Notes: generated from the letters alone by a model not told the origin. DNA of 64,000 nt from an uncultured virus (IMG/VR IMGVR_UViG_3300028805_000097) (IMGVR_UViG_3300028805_000097:1-64000), one strand, 5' to 3'; shown: positions 10,924-21,571, counted from the first letter of the stretch. Program-made: numbers and translations.

Positions 10924-11349
10924 TTATATTCCAGGTGTATATGGATTATTTAAATTACCTTTAACATCACTCCCAAGCTCTTTCTGAGGTCTTTCAGTAC
11001 CTTCCTGGGTATCATCCAGTATGGTTGAAAAAGTCTCGTCTATGGCTCTCCTTATCCTATCAATTGACTCAGTGTTAAGCATACTGTCAACATACTTGTC
11101 AGCTGCTTTCTGCTGGTCTGGTGACAATTGTTGATACTTCTGTGAAATATCTCCACCTGCTGCATTTGGGTCTCCTGCACTCAATGCGTTTGGGTCTCCT
11201 GCAAGCGGGTCATCATCAGGTCCTCCTGCAATTGGGTCTGTTTCTGGAGCTGGAGGTGGGGGTGGAGGTGTTTCTCCATCCATAGGCATACCTGGGTCAG
11301 CGTCCACTGGAGGCATTGGAGCATTATCTAAACCACCCATGCCATCCAT
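10924..11349 (-). CDS. Pro/Asp-rich protein, possibly the C-terminal extension of 11399..13156 via frameshift
   Basis: Its frame is open back to the A10 run at 11414-11423. Confidence 0.65.
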   Translation of the reverse strand: MDGMGGLDNAPMPPVDADPGMPMDGETPPPPPPAPETDPIAGGPDDDPLAGDPNALSAGDPNAAGGDISQKYQQLSPDQQKAADKYVDSMLNTESIDRIRRAIDETFSTILDDTQEGTERPQKELGSDVKGNLNNPYTPGI

Positions 11350-11398
11350 GTCACCTCCAAGTGGTGCACTGTTAGGTATTCTTAATTTTGTTGGTCTA

Positions 11399-13156
11399 TT
11401 ACTTTCCGTTAGATTTTTTTTTTAAACGGTCGAAAGCTTCAGCGATTGCATTGTCGATTGCCTCTGGGTCAATCTCAAATGGTGCGCCATCACCAATCTT
11501 CTCACCATAAGGTGTATCATTCTTAACAGAATCATCATTCATATCGTAGTTGCCTGGGAACTCCTTCATATCCTTTGGAGGAAGGTCCATAACAACCTTC
11601 TGATATGCTGGGTGCTTTCCGAAGTCATCAAGCTTGTTCATGTTTCCCTGTGGAACACGACCAGCGTCCTTAAAAGGGGTCATACCCTCTTCATTCATTC
11701 TCTGCTTGCCCATAGCTCTCCTATAAGCTGCTGTCTCGAAAATCTGGATTCCCTCGTTGTTTCTTGACTCGTAAGTCATACCTGCACCAGGATTCATTCC
11801 GCACTCTCTGTCAAGTCCGTCCTCGATGTCATCTTCTGGTTCTACTTCTCCCTCACCGCCAAGGTCATCACCACCGAATTTATCATCACCAAATTCGTCA
11901 CCTTCTGCACCAAGTTCATCACCACCAAGGTCATCACCCTCTCCATCGAAAAGTTCATCATCACCATATGCATCAGCGTCCACTGCTGGAGTCTCGATTC
12001 CAAGCTTTGAAGCAATCTGTGAAAGAATGTCCTCCATTGCACTGATACGCTGTTCAAGGTCATCCTCACCACCGAATTCGTCATCACCAAATTCGTCACC
12101 CTCGTCTCCAAGGTCATCACCCATATCGTCACCAAGCTCGTCACCTTCTGCACCAAGGTCATCACCAATTGGCTCGTCCCCACCAAGGTCATCACCCATT
12201 GGCTCATCACCTACAGGTTCTCCCTCGCCTTCAACATCATCAACGTCTCCTTCGATACCGTCAATAGCCTCGTCAATCTGTTTACCCTTCTCATCATCGA
12301 AAGGCTTGTTGTTATCATCTGAAGGACCTTCACCAACACCTACAGCTGGCTTGTTCTGGTCATCTGTATCGTGCATTGAAGTACCATGATTCTCAACAAC
12401 ACCGTTCTTCATTTCGCCAGTCTTAGTTACCTTCTTATCCTGGTCATCGATGTTACGTGCCTCAGCATCATCGAATGGTGCGCTATCACCGATTTCAGTT
12501 CCATGAGACTTGTCCATATAGTCTGGACTCTTTCTGTTCCAACCAAGAACCTCTTCTTCCTTGATATTCTCCTTAGCCTTGAACTCCTCTGCTGGTTCTT
12601 CAGTGAATCCGTCTGGTGCATCCTTTGCATCTCCAGTCTTTGGGGTTTCTTTCTTGATATTATCCTTAAAACCTTCCTGTCCGTCGCAGCAGATTGCGCC
12701 TTTCTTCTCCATGATATTCATGGCATTCTTCATAATCTGACGCTCACGAAGAATCTCACCCTTCATCTTATCAGAAGCCTCAGTAACAACCATTTCCTTT
12801 TTGTTCAAGTCCCAAGACTCAACATTGAAGGTAGGATTGTTGTAAGCCTCCTTAAGAGACATCATCTTCATGTCAAAGTTTTTCTGAGCATTAGCATAGC
12901 TGGTGTACTCATTGTCCTTTCTGTTTCTAAAACCACCAATGTAGCTAAAGTCTTCTTTGATAAGGTTTTGCTTGTTAGGAGCAGACTTTATGTAATACTT
13001 AGTACCCTCACGTACAATACCATAAACCTTTCCATCAGCACCAACCCTCTGGTACTCAACCGCACTGTATGGTGCTTTTTTACTCTCAGTCTGAAGTCCG
13101 TAATTCATTAATGACTTCATTCTGTTAAGAGTGTCGTTAGTGTTTACTTTATTCAT
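11399..13156 (-). CDS. Highly acidic scaffold/core-like protein
   Basis: GD(D/E)LG repeats, many (L/I)xE motifs; TATTTATA box at 13190-13197. Confidence 0.7.
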   Translation of the reverse strand: MNKVNTNDTLNRMKSLMNYGLQTESKKAPYSAVEYQRVGADGKVYGIVREGTKYYIKSAPNKQNLIKEDFSYIGGFRNRKDNEYTSYANAQKNFDMKMMSLKEAYNNPTFNVESWDLNKKEMVVTEASDKMKGEILRERQIMKNAMNIMEKKGAICCDGQEGFKDNIKKETPKTGDAKDAPDGFTEEPAEEFKAKENIKEEEVLGWNRKSPDYMDKSHGTEIGDSAPFDDAEARNIDDQDKKVTKTGEMKNGVVENHGTSMHDTDDQNKPAVGVGEGPSDDNNKPFDDEKGKQIDEAIDGIEGDVDDVEGEGEPVGDEPMGDDLGGDEPIGDDLGAEGDELGDDMGDDLGDEGDEFGDDEFGGEDDLEQRISAMEDILSQIASKLGIETPAVDADAYGDDELFDGEGDDLGGDELGAEGDEFGDDKFGGDDLGGEGEVEPEDDIEDGLDRECGMNPGAGMTYESRNNEGIQIFETAAYRRAMGKQRMNEEGMTPFKDAGRVPQGNMNKLDDFGKHPAYQKVVMDLPPKDMKEFPGNYDMNDDSVKNDTPYGEKIGDGAPFEIDPEAIDNAIAEAFDRLKKKSNGK

Positions 13157-13223
13157 AATTAATATATTAATTTTTCAACTTATTTTAAATATAAATATTT
13201 CGTATTAGTAAAAAATCAGTAAT

Positions 13224-16200
13224 TTATGGTCTTATATCGTCATAAGTACCCCTTTGATTATCGAAGCCTCTATCATCATATTGCAAATTTCTCCTTATAA
13301 ATGGAGTAAACTTATCAAGTGCTCTAATATAGACCGTACTCTTAGGTTTCATTGTTAATTCATCCCACTGCACACAGATGCAATAATTGTATCCTATAAG
13401 ATTAGACATTGTTTCATCATAATAAACCTTATACAATCTACCCTGCTTATTGTCTTCTTTCGACTGCATCAGTTTACCATAGTTGGCAACAAAGTTTTTC
13501 AAAGCTTCTCTTTCAGCTTTCCACCTCTTCTCATAAGGATTACCTTCAGATGAACCATCCATTGCGAATTCCTCCTTGATGAGTGTTAAATATTTTTTAA
13601 TGGATTCGTTTTTAAATGGGTGTTTAATGAATTCATTATCAAACTTCGGTCTGCTGAATCCCCAAGGTTTAAACCCACTTTTTCCAGCCACTATCTGATT
13701 TCTATATTGTGGAAGATTCTCTGTTGCCCAATATGCAAGTTCACTAGGTTTTCCAGTTTTTAAAACTTCTCCATTTGCCCCTATTATATTCCAATAATGA
13801 GAATATTGTTCTTTCTCTATGGATATCATTTCTTTTATGCTTGGACCCCAGAATACAACTTGGTCTTGTTCATCACCATGATGCCTTAATAATACACCGC
13901 TTGCTCTAAATATTACAGCTTCGTTACCATAACCATTAAAATCCACACTTCTGTCACCAATTAGGAAGGCAAAATCATATCCAGGATAAAGCTTCTGTTT
14001 ACCAAAACTAGTATATGCTAAATCTTCAACATCTGGTGTCCCACCAGTGAAACCTTTCTGTGCAACACTATATGCATTACTTGTGAAATGTATACACCAT
14101 TCATTTTTAACCAATCTGATGAAATCCATTATCATCCATGATGGAAGGTCTGAATAATGAACATAGTTATGTGCATTATCAAGCAATTTGTTAAATAATT
14201 TATTCCTTTCTAAAGCATTTATAAGTTTATTCAGAAAATCATCATCATATGCCAAATTATAATCACTACTAAGTTCATCACAAAGTTCATCAATATCATC
14301 ATAGTATCCAGACACATCTTCAGAAAATTTCTCAAGTATATATGGGCAATGACGAATTAAATCTTCTACTTTATCTCTGTCTGAAGCTTTCTCAGCCCAT
14401 TGGAAATATTTGTACAATGGCATACCATAGTTATTATCAAGAAACTCATTTAGTGGTTCTTTAGATTCTGTTATAGAGTTTGACTTATCATATGACGCTG
14501 AGAATAACTTAAATAGTTTATCAAGGTAACCAGTTCTTCTAAGTACCTTATACACTATATTTCCCGCACCGTTTTCTCCACGCTTTGTGAGGCTCTTCTT
14601 TCTTAAATCCTTTACCTTATCCCATAGGTAATGAGCATCCTCACCAATCTTACTTACTTCATATTCATCATTAGTTGATGATAATGCATCACACATATCA
14701 TCAATAATTGTCATTATCTCAGCCGCCTTATCCTTTATATTGAACTTATTAAGGCCAATATTCTTTATACTATGTGGGTTAGGCTTTCTAATCCACACAT
14801 TTTCCTCAAGGTCATATATTCCCCCAGCCTCTGGATTCTCTCCAATATTCTGCACATACAACTCAACAGGGAAACCCATTATCTTAAGCCCCTCATGTTC
14901 ATTGTTCCACTCATTCTTCTTCGAGTCTAGATATTGTCTAACAAATTCAGTCTTACTGTCAATTTCATTAAAATCTACTATAAGATGAAGGTCAATGTCA
15001 GAGAACTTAGACCAATTGAAATTACATATAGAGCCAGTAATTATTATACCCTTAGGTTCAACCCAGGTGAGATTTACAAACTCCCAGAAATCATCAGCAA
15101 TGTCAAGTAATTTTAACCTAACTCTAGAATTTAGTGTTTCCTCATCCTTCCATATCTTAGGAGGGAGGGTGTCACGTTTCTTGAATGAAGACAGGTCAAC
15201 CTCTGATGAGGAAACTTCTGGTTCAAGATTCTCATTAACTACAAAAGAACCAACTTTCTTAATTTGTTCTGGATAGAAAGCAACCCATTCCTCATTTAAG
15301 TCTCCATTATAATACACTCCATCATATCCCTCTGATTCAAGATATTCCCTAAATTCATCTGATGCTTCCTTTGAATTAGCCTCAGACAATTTATCCATGT
15401 CTTCTCCCGTTGCTATATATGGATTTCTTATATTTAAATAGCACTCCATCACAACACCATTTCTTCCAGCATACTGCCCAGCATATATATCATTATCACC
15501 ATAGAAATAAAAGCCAGTTCCTAACCATCCTGGGTCAGTACTTGTGCCTATCATCTTACTGTCAAATGTATCAAACTTGTTTGGTGTTCCATGTTTGACA
15601 ATTCCAGGCATCCTATTTTCGTCAACAACTTTACTAACATCCTCATTGTACCAAAAGTCATCAGCATCTACATTTTCCCAGTCTCCGAACCAACTCTTGA
15701 ATGCTTCAGAATATATCTCTTTGTTACTTGCCTTTGATATTTCATTAATCGTCTTCATAGACTTTTTTGACTCATATGCGAAACCTCCCTGTGGCTTTAT
15801 ACCCTCAGAGTAGAATCTATCTATTTCTCCAAGTACATAACGATAATCTGCTGATGGATAGAAAGCACTTATTTCTCCTCCATCATGGAATATGTCAACG
15901 TAGAACTTCTCACCTTCATAAGATGACACTATTTGTCTCAATACCCTTTCCTGTTCCCATGTAGGTTCTGCACCAATATCTATTGACCTCTCTAACACTC
16001 TTATATTACCAAGTTCAACAAACTGAAATTTATCATGTATACCAGGTATTCTCTGCACATCGTTGTGTTCACCTTCAGTATACAGAACGACACCATTACT
16101 TAATACGAACCCTCTACAGTCCTTAAAATACTCGCCATGAGGTAGAAGTTTCATGGCAATATCGTTAAGCTCCTGTGGGTTGTTTATATCATAGGACGAG

Positions 16201-17231
16201 TCTGAATACAATTCAGTTGTATCGAACTTAGACTGTCCGTACTTAAGCATATCAGCCTCAATCCTCTTTGCAATTTTCTCTCCGAATACTTCTTCAAGGT
16301 CATCATAGTAAGCCCAATCTCCACCCATAGTATGGTAGGTCTGATTATCAAGGTAAGTTATCTCAAACTCTACGTTGAAATCTTCTATATAAGCCATCTT
16401 ATTCTCTGGCGTATCTGGTATCTCATTGTCAGCAAGCCATTCCTGGTATTCCTCTTCATCGTATGTCCATTCATCACACTTCACTTCACCTACTTCAGAC
16501 ATATCGATGTTTGCAATCCTGTTGCCGTATGATTCTTCCACAGTACCCTCGTGATAATAGTTTCCACCAACAGGAGGGTCACTGCTCTCAGCACCAATTG
16601 AGAATTTGTCAACCTCTGGTGCTGCTTCATTAATAAAGCCTTCCCTACGAACAGCATCCTCACCAAGAACGTTAGCCATTATAACCCCAAAATCCTGGTC
16701 TCTAACACTCATATATGTATCTTCGTTACCAGACCTTTCACACCAGTTATAGAAAATCTCATCCCTCATCCATTCGATAGGGTATCTCTCACCCTTTTCA
16801 GTGAGTATTCTATAACAGTTATTAAGACCTTCTCTAGTATGTCCACAGAAATATTCCACCTTAGGACTATACCCAGATATATCAAGGCATGAATTTCTTG
16901 ATGTTACGTGAACACTATTCATTACTTGGAATTCTTTACCCAAGTCAGATTTAGGTACTTCTATTGAGAAACAAGCACCTCTATTAAAGCTACCATCATT
17001 TTCTAACGAAAACCAATTTATACCATGAGTTTCACCATGCTGTCTGCCCTCGCCTGCACATACCCTGTTTGTTTTTAATATGTTAACAAGAGCCAGTATG
17101 TCAGTCCCATGATATAACTTAACAGTAACGTCGTTATGGCTGACAATATCGTTACTGCCAGCCATAATTTCGTTTAATTCATTTTTCAATGCTATTAAAC
17201 TGTTCTCGTTAAATCTAATAGTCTTTCCCAT
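13224..17231 (-). CDS. Large polyvalent protein: ART-like domains plus pol-beta nucleotidyltransferase domain
   Basis: LYHGT; FKSWFGDWE..KHGT..GTGFYF..EEWVAF; ITGSICNFNWSKFSDIDLHL; IHFTS..GF..YG..QVV. Confidence 0.75.
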   Translation of the reverse strand: MGKTIRFNENSLIALKNELNEIMAGSNDIVSHNDVTVKLYHGTDILALVNILKTNRVCAGEGRQHGETHGINWFSLENDGSFNRGACFSIEVPKSDLGKEFQVMNSVHVTSRNSCLDISGYSPKVEYFCGHTREGLNNCYRILTEKGERYPIEWMRDEIFYNWCERSGNEDTYMSVRDQDFGVIMANVLGEDAVRREGFINEAAPEVDKFSIGAESSDPPVGGNYYHEGTVEESYGNRIANIDMSEVGEVKCDEWTYDEEEYQEWLADNEIPDTPENKMAYIEDFNVEFEITYLDNQTYHTMGGDWAYYDDLEEVFGEKIAKRIEADMLKYGQSKFDTTELYSDSSYDINNPQELNDIAMKLLPHGEYFKDCRGFVLSNGVVLYTEGEHNDVQRIPGIHDKFQFVELGNIRVLERSIDIGAEPTWEQERVLRQIVSSYEGEKFYVDIFHDGGEISAFYPSADYRYVLGEIDRFYSEGIKPQGGFAYESKKSMKTINEISKASNKEIYSEAFKSWFGDWENVDADDFWYNEDVSKVVDENRMPGIVKHGTPNKFDTFDSKMIGTSTDPGWLGTGFYFYGDNDIYAGQYAGRNGVVMECYLNIRNPYIATGEDMDKLSEANSKEASDEFREYLESEGYDGVYYNGDLNEEWVAFYPEQIKKVGSFVVNENLEPEVSSSEVDLSSFKKRDTLPPKIWKDEETLNSRVRLKLLDIADDFWEFVNLTWVEPKGIIITGSICNFNWSKFSDIDLHLIVDFNEIDSKTEFVRQYLDSKKNEWNNEHEGLKIMGFPVELYVQNIGENPEAGGIYDLEENVWIRKPNPHSIKNIGLNKFNIKDKAAEIMTIIDDMCDALSSTNDEYEVSKIGEDAHYLWDKVKDLRKKSLTKRGENGAGNIVYKVLRRTGYLDKLFKLFSASYDKSNSITESKEPLNEFLDNNYGMPLYKYFQWAEKASDRDKVEDLIRHCPYILEKFSEDVSGYYDDIDELCDELSSDYNLAYDDDFLNKLINALERNKLFNKLLDNAHNYVHYSDLPSWMIMDFIRLVKNEWCIHFTSNAYSVAQKGFTGGTPDVEDLAYTSFGKQKLYPGYDFAFLIGDRSVDFNGYGNEAVIFRASGVLLRHHGDEQDQVVFWGPSIKEMISIEKEQYSHYWNIIGANGEVLKTGKPSELAYWATENLPQYRNQIVAGKSGFKPWGFSRPKFDNEFIKHPFKNESIKKYLTLIKEEFAMDGSSEGNPYEKRWKAEREALKNFVANYGKLMQSKEDNKQGRLYKVYYDETMSNLIGYNYCICVQWDELTMKPKSTVYIRALDKFTPFIRRNLQYDDRGFDNQRGTYDDIRP

Positions 17232-17252
17232 TCAAAACAATATAAAAAATAA

Positions 17253-17552
17253 TTATGGATTTGTAGAACCGTTAGGATTGCAAGCGCAAACACCCTGTCT
17301 AAGGTCTGTATAGTTAGCACCATTCTCAGAAATGAACTGTCCAACTTCTGAATACTTTCTAGCCTTCTCAACCTCAAGCTGTGGCTCGTGTCCTACAATT
17401 CCCTGGTGGGTAAGGGTCTCCATACCAGCAGTTGACATCTTTGATTCCTCTGTAAGAGCCTCTTCGTAATTCTCAACATCAACATAAAGGAGCTGGTTGT
17501 CCATATCATATCCATAACCCTCGTACATGTAGTCTAACATATTAGTTTTCAT
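17253..17552 (-). CDS. Small acidic late protein
   Basis: TATTTATA box at 17583-17590; first gene of the unit containing the polyvalent protein. Confidence 0.65.
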   Translation of the reverse strand: MKTNMLDYMYEGYGYDMDNQLLYVDVENYEEALTEESKMSTAGMETLTHQGIVGHEPQLEVEKARKYSEVGQFISENGANYTDLRQGVCACNPNGSTNP

Positions 17553-17627
17553 ATCAAAATATAATTAATTAAGTTATTTCTCTATAAATATCAGTCAATA
17601 AAAAAAGGTATCAAGTTTATGATACCT

Positions 17628-19664
17628 TTATTGCTGTTCGCCCTCATATTCATCTTCACTCCTCATTTCGTCAAACACATAATGATAGTCAATAGCTAAC
17701 ATCCTAGCAGCTTCCATATATTTGTATGTTAGTTTATCTAACTCCTCTTCTGGTTCAAAAGCATCGAAGTTCATTCTATCTCTCTCCAGGATTGATTTTC
17801 CATTGACTTTTACGTAGTCTTCAGCTATCTCAAGAAGTCCGTCCGTTTCTTTTCTGTTGACATAGAAATCATATAGTCCCTCCATGTAGTTCTTATGACC
17901 GAAAGGATAAGGGGCATTATGCATAAAGTCATCCAGCTCTTTAGCCATTTCCTCGTACTTTTCATGTTCATCATACCCACAGACATCTGGACTTGATATA
18001 CTACGCAATTCGCCATGCTCAAACTGGGCATAATATAATCCACCTATTTTTACCAGTACATACCTACCAGGCGAATATCTTGAGCCTAGTTTATCGAACA
18101 ACAGTTCGTTTGCCAATTTTTTCTTATCATAACATATTTCGTCATATCCGTTTTCATTCAAGAGTGTTCTTGTCCTATTGTTAAAGATGTAGTATTGCCT
18201 ATCAAGGTTTTGAAGTATCACCCAATCATTACCAACAAAGTACAGCTTCTGATAGTATTCGTGCCACAAAGCCTCTCCAGTTTCCATATTGATTATAGAA
18301 TAGAAATCATTTGTACATTTAACATATGCTAGACCATTAAATATAGCTTCAACAGACTTGTATGGTTCATTTCTTATAATCATTTCATTTTCAAGATTAT
18401 AAAGATATTTCAATTTAGATTCATCATTAATATACATAACGACTGCACCAGATTCCATAACATTAACAAATTTTATTCCAGTAACTCGTCTAGTAATTTC
18501 CCTTGAATCGAACACATCAAACAACATACTAACTCCCATATCAGTAATGTTTACAATACCATTACGTATTGAAGTAATCTCATCATACCAATCTTTAAAT
18601 ACAAATTTTCTGTTATTAAAATCAACTACATTAAAATTATCATCATATTTAACAAGATAAAATCCTTTACCAATATTAAAATCCAAATCAAAATATGCGC
18701 TAATACTCCAAAAATCATCTGCTGTTTTTATTTTTTCTTCCAGCTCTTTTAATCCTAAATTATATTTTCCAGTAAATGTTTCTTTAAAATTACGATTTAT
18801 TATTTTAGAAATTTCATATTCATCCAATATACTATCAACCTTTCTAGCTGGCTCATTTCTATGATTTCTATTCCATTGTTCAACATACGCATGATTCCAT
18901 CTTACATTAGATGTTGTTAATTTCCCTTTAGTGTCAACAATAACAAAAATCATAGATAAACCATATTCATCAAATGGGGCATCTTCTCCTGGTTTTGGTT
19001 TAACACTTTCAAAACCATGCTTAAGGCACACATACACATTATATTCCCCATTATTTGTAAAATTATTCCATGTATTTCGTGATGTTGTATAGCATATTTT
19101 ATGACCCTCTGCCATATATCCACCTGTATAATCAGAAAACCTTGTTGCCAATTCATAATTTTTTAAATGCATTATATCATAATCGCTTTGACCATACGTT
19201 TCATTATTTATTTTATCAGTAGTTTCCTGTTCTTTTTGCTCTATCTGTGGCATAAAATAATTGTATAGGTCATTATATGTATACTTAATAGCTTCATTCC
19301 AAGGTAAAGAGCCGAGTTTAGGGTCTGATTCGAATAAAGGAACAATTTTACCAAACATTGCTATTTTATCAGCTTGTGGATTAATTCCCATAAAACCAAG
19401 TTCATTAAAAAGAATATTGGCGATAACTGGAGTAAGCTTTATGTTTTGCCTACACCAGTGGCTAGTAATTTCTTTATAAACCCAATCAAAATATGTTATA
19501 CTACCATCCATACCATCCTCAGTACATGGATTATCTATTACAGATGCAACCCAAGAATTACCATTTTTCAATACCTGGTATGTTCTATTCTTTGCTTGTG
19601 TCGTAAGTTTACCTTCTGCAATGAATAGCTTATGGAATATATCTTCGTTTAAGTGTATTATCAT
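17628..19664 (-). CDS. Multi-domain late protein (PcfJ-like segment plus beta-rich repeats); start revised to MIIHLNE
   Basis: TATTTATA box at 19682-19689; ICYTTSRNTWNNF..YGLSMIFVIVD; domain call tentative. Confidence 0.6.
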   Translation of the reverse strand: MIIHLNEDIFHKLFIAEGKLTTQAKNRTYQVLKNGNSWVASVIDNPCTEDGMDGSITYFDWVYKEITSHWCRQNIKLTPVIANILFNELGFMGINPQADKIAMFGKIVPLFESDPKLGSLPWNEAIKYTYNDLYNYFMPQIEQKEQETTDKINNETYGQSDYDIMHLKNYELATRFSDYTGGYMAEGHKICYTTSRNTWNNFTNNGEYNVYVCLKHGFESVKPKPGEDAPFDEYGLSMIFVIVDTKGKLTTSNVRWNHAYVEQWNRNHRNEPARKVDSILDEYEISKIINRNFKETFTGKYNLGLKELEEKIKTADDFWSISAYFDLDFNIGKGFYLVKYDDNFNVVDFNNRKFVFKDWYDEITSIRNGIVNITDMGVSMLFDVFDSREITRRVTGIKFVNVMESGAVVMYINDESKLKYLYNLENEMIIRNEPYKSVEAIFNGLAYVKCTNDFYSIINMETGEALWHEYYQKLYFVGNDWVILQNLDRQYYIFNNRTRTLLNENGYDEICYDKKKLANELLFDKLGSRYSPGRYVLVKIGGLYYAQFEHGELRSISSPDVCGYDEHEKYEEMAKELDDFMHNAPYPFGHKNYMEGLYDFYVNRKETDGLLEIAEDYVKVNGKSILERDRMNFDAFEPEEELDKLTYKYMEAARMLAIDYHYVFDEMRSEDEYEGEQQ

Positions 19665-19747
19665 TATAAAACAATATTTCCTATAAATATAAAAAGGTGC
19701 TGAAAAAATCAGCACCTTAATTACAGTCATACTTGCGTCCAAGTATC

Positions 19748-20275
19748 TTAAGCACAATCAATACAGAATTCTGCAATATTCTCCAAGTCACTGGTATTGA
19801 CCTTGAACGAAAGGTCATCCCTTCCCCATTTCTTTCGCTTGTAGGGGACGTAACAATTGTCTGGTGTGTCGTATACCACGTCCTTCCCTTTAATGCATTC
19901 TAGGGCAAAAGAAAGCAGTTTCTGACGCTTTACGAACAGTATCTTACTGAACGTCATGAATGCAATGTATTCAGCCTTACCATACAACCAGCCAGGATTA
20001 CCGTTTACGTTCTGTAATTCCAACCAATGAATCTTGTCATCATATCTATTATCCCTCCTGTTATTCTTCTTGACACCCTTGACATCTACACCAATTCTTC
20101 CCTTTCGTGGGCTGTCCCACCAAAAGTCTACATGGTCATATATATCCTCACGTCTGGATGCCTTCTCACAAGAACCACCGAATGCTGATTCAACAGCCTC
20201 CATTACCAATTTCTCATCAACCAGTCCCTTCTTGTAAGATTCCTTGATAACATTGCCTAGATTCCTTATAACCAC
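19748..20275 (-). CDS. PD-(D/E)xK-like nuclease-fold protein
   Basis: HVDFW..GVDVKG..WLELQNVNGNPGWLYGKAEYIAF. Confidence 0.6.
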   Translation of the reverse strand: MVIRNLGNVIKESYKKGLVDEKLVMEAVESAFGGSCEKASRREDIYDHVDFWWDSPRKGRIGVDVKGVKKNNRRDNRYDDKIHWLELQNVNGNPGWLYGKAEYIAFMTFSKILFVKRQKLLSFALECIKGKDVVYDTPDNCYVPYKRKKWGRDDLSFKVNTSDLENIAEFCIDCA

Positions 20276-21411
20276 TAGCCCACATTCAATTGGAATTTGA
20301 TTGGCGGGTCACACTCGTAGTTCAATATCTGTATATCATCAATTGTCAAGTCCTCTAAAGACCCAACCTCTCTTATTTTCAACGTTGGAAGGTTGTTATA
20401 CCCAACCCTACTAAGTTGTTCTTTAGCCCCATCAATATGGTTCTTGTAAATATGACAATCTCCAAGACTTCCAATAAGTTCATCTGGAATCATATTTACC
20501 TGTTTGGCAATAATATGAGTCAAAAGTGCATAAGATGCAATATTAAATGGCAGTCCTGCACAACAATCCACCGAACGCTGGGTCCACATACAACTCAAAC
20601 CATATTTTGGTATACCAAGTTCATCAAGTTCATCATGAGTAAGTGTATGCCCTGGATTAATTTCTGTAAGCAATTTAAGTCTCTCGTGTATATCCAGTTT
20701 TCTTGCGTAAAACTGGAACATTACGTGACAAGGTGGTAATGCCATTTCATCCAATTGTTCTGGATTAAAAGCTATACATAATATTCTTCTATCAAAAGGA
20801 TTGGTCTTAAGAGTTTCTATTATATTCTGTATCTGGTCAATTTCTAGATTTCCAAATGACCTCCATTGTTTTCCATAAACTGGTCCTAAATCACCAAATC
20901 TGTATGAGTAAGCCCAACCAAATTTTATTTCAACTTTTTGGAGTGTCAATTCCAAAAATTCCTCTTTTGTTATGTTCTTAAGCCAATCTTGGTCTTTTAT
21001 CTTTGAATCCCTTTCAATCCAATATTCATAACTTGGCTTCTTATATGGGAATTTTTCATCATCCGAAACACATACAACAATATCCCTTATGTCTTCTTGC
21101 TTATTCGAAATTTCGCTCTTAAACCATCTATAGGCATCATCATCCCAGATGTGAACTCCGTTTCTAACAAGATATTCGATATTCATACTTCCGTGAGAAT
21201 TATATGGTCTCTGCAAAAACCATAACAACTCATGTATAATACCTTTTGTAAACACCTTTTTGGTGGTAAGAAGTGGAAATCCTTCTTGTAGGTCAAATCT
21301 AAGTTGCTTACCGAATAATGATAATACTTCTCCAGCTCTAGTATTCCTCTCGTCACCAAACCTTATTATTTCTTCCAATAAATGGAGGTACTGTTTATCT
21401 ACATCATTCAT
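20275..21411 (-). CDS. thyA: Thymidylate synthase (with insertions)
   Basis: FPLLTTKK, ELLWFL, GPVYGKQWR, MALPPCH, QRSVD..GLPFNIASY, GDCHIY. Confidence 0.96.
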   Translation of the reverse strand: MNDVDKQYLHLLEEIIRFGDERNTRAGEVLSLFGKQLRFDLQEGFPLLTTKKVFTKGIIHELLWFLQRPYNSHGSMNIEYLVRNGVHIWDDDAYRWFKSEISNKQEDIRDIVVCVSDDEKFPYKKPSYEYWIERDSKIKDQDWLKNITKEEFLELTLQKVEIKFGWAYSYRFGDLGPVYGKQWRSFGNLEIDQIQNIIETLKTNPFDRRILCIAFNPEQLDEMALPPCHVMFQFYARKLDIHERLKLLTEINPGHTLTHDELDELGIPKYGLSCMWTQRSVDCCAGLPFNIASYALLTHIIAKQVNMIPDELIGSLGDCHIYKNHIDGAKEQLSRVGYNNLPTLKIREVGSLEDLTIDDIQILNYECDPPIKFQLNVG

Positions 21412-21430
21412 GTATATTAACTTTTTTTAC

Positions 21431-21571
21431 TTAATTATTTGCTGGCTGACACACTTCTTTCCATGCTATAGCCATCATTGAATCTAACTCACGCATTTCA
21501 CGCTTCATTTGCTTCATTATTTTCCTCGCTTCGTGTAGATTCTTCCACTCCAGTGATAGGTTTCTACTCAT
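21431..21571 (-). CDS. Small hypothetical protein (46 aa, not in ORF track)
   Basis: MSRNLSLEWKNLHEARKIMKQMKREMRELDSMMAIAWKEVCQPANN fills the operon gap and overlaps the upstream stop. Confidence 0.55.
   Translation of the reverse strand: MSRNLSLEWKNLHEARKIMKQMKREMRELDSMMAIAWKEVCQPANN

Noticed and set aside
11860..12210. Nucleotide repeats (tcatcacc/ccaaggtc) resembling an array
   Set aside because: They encode GD(D/E)LG low-complexity protein repeats, not a DNA element
20275..21411. Intron or intein in thyA
   Set aside because: The extra segments are short in-frame insertions without splicing signatures
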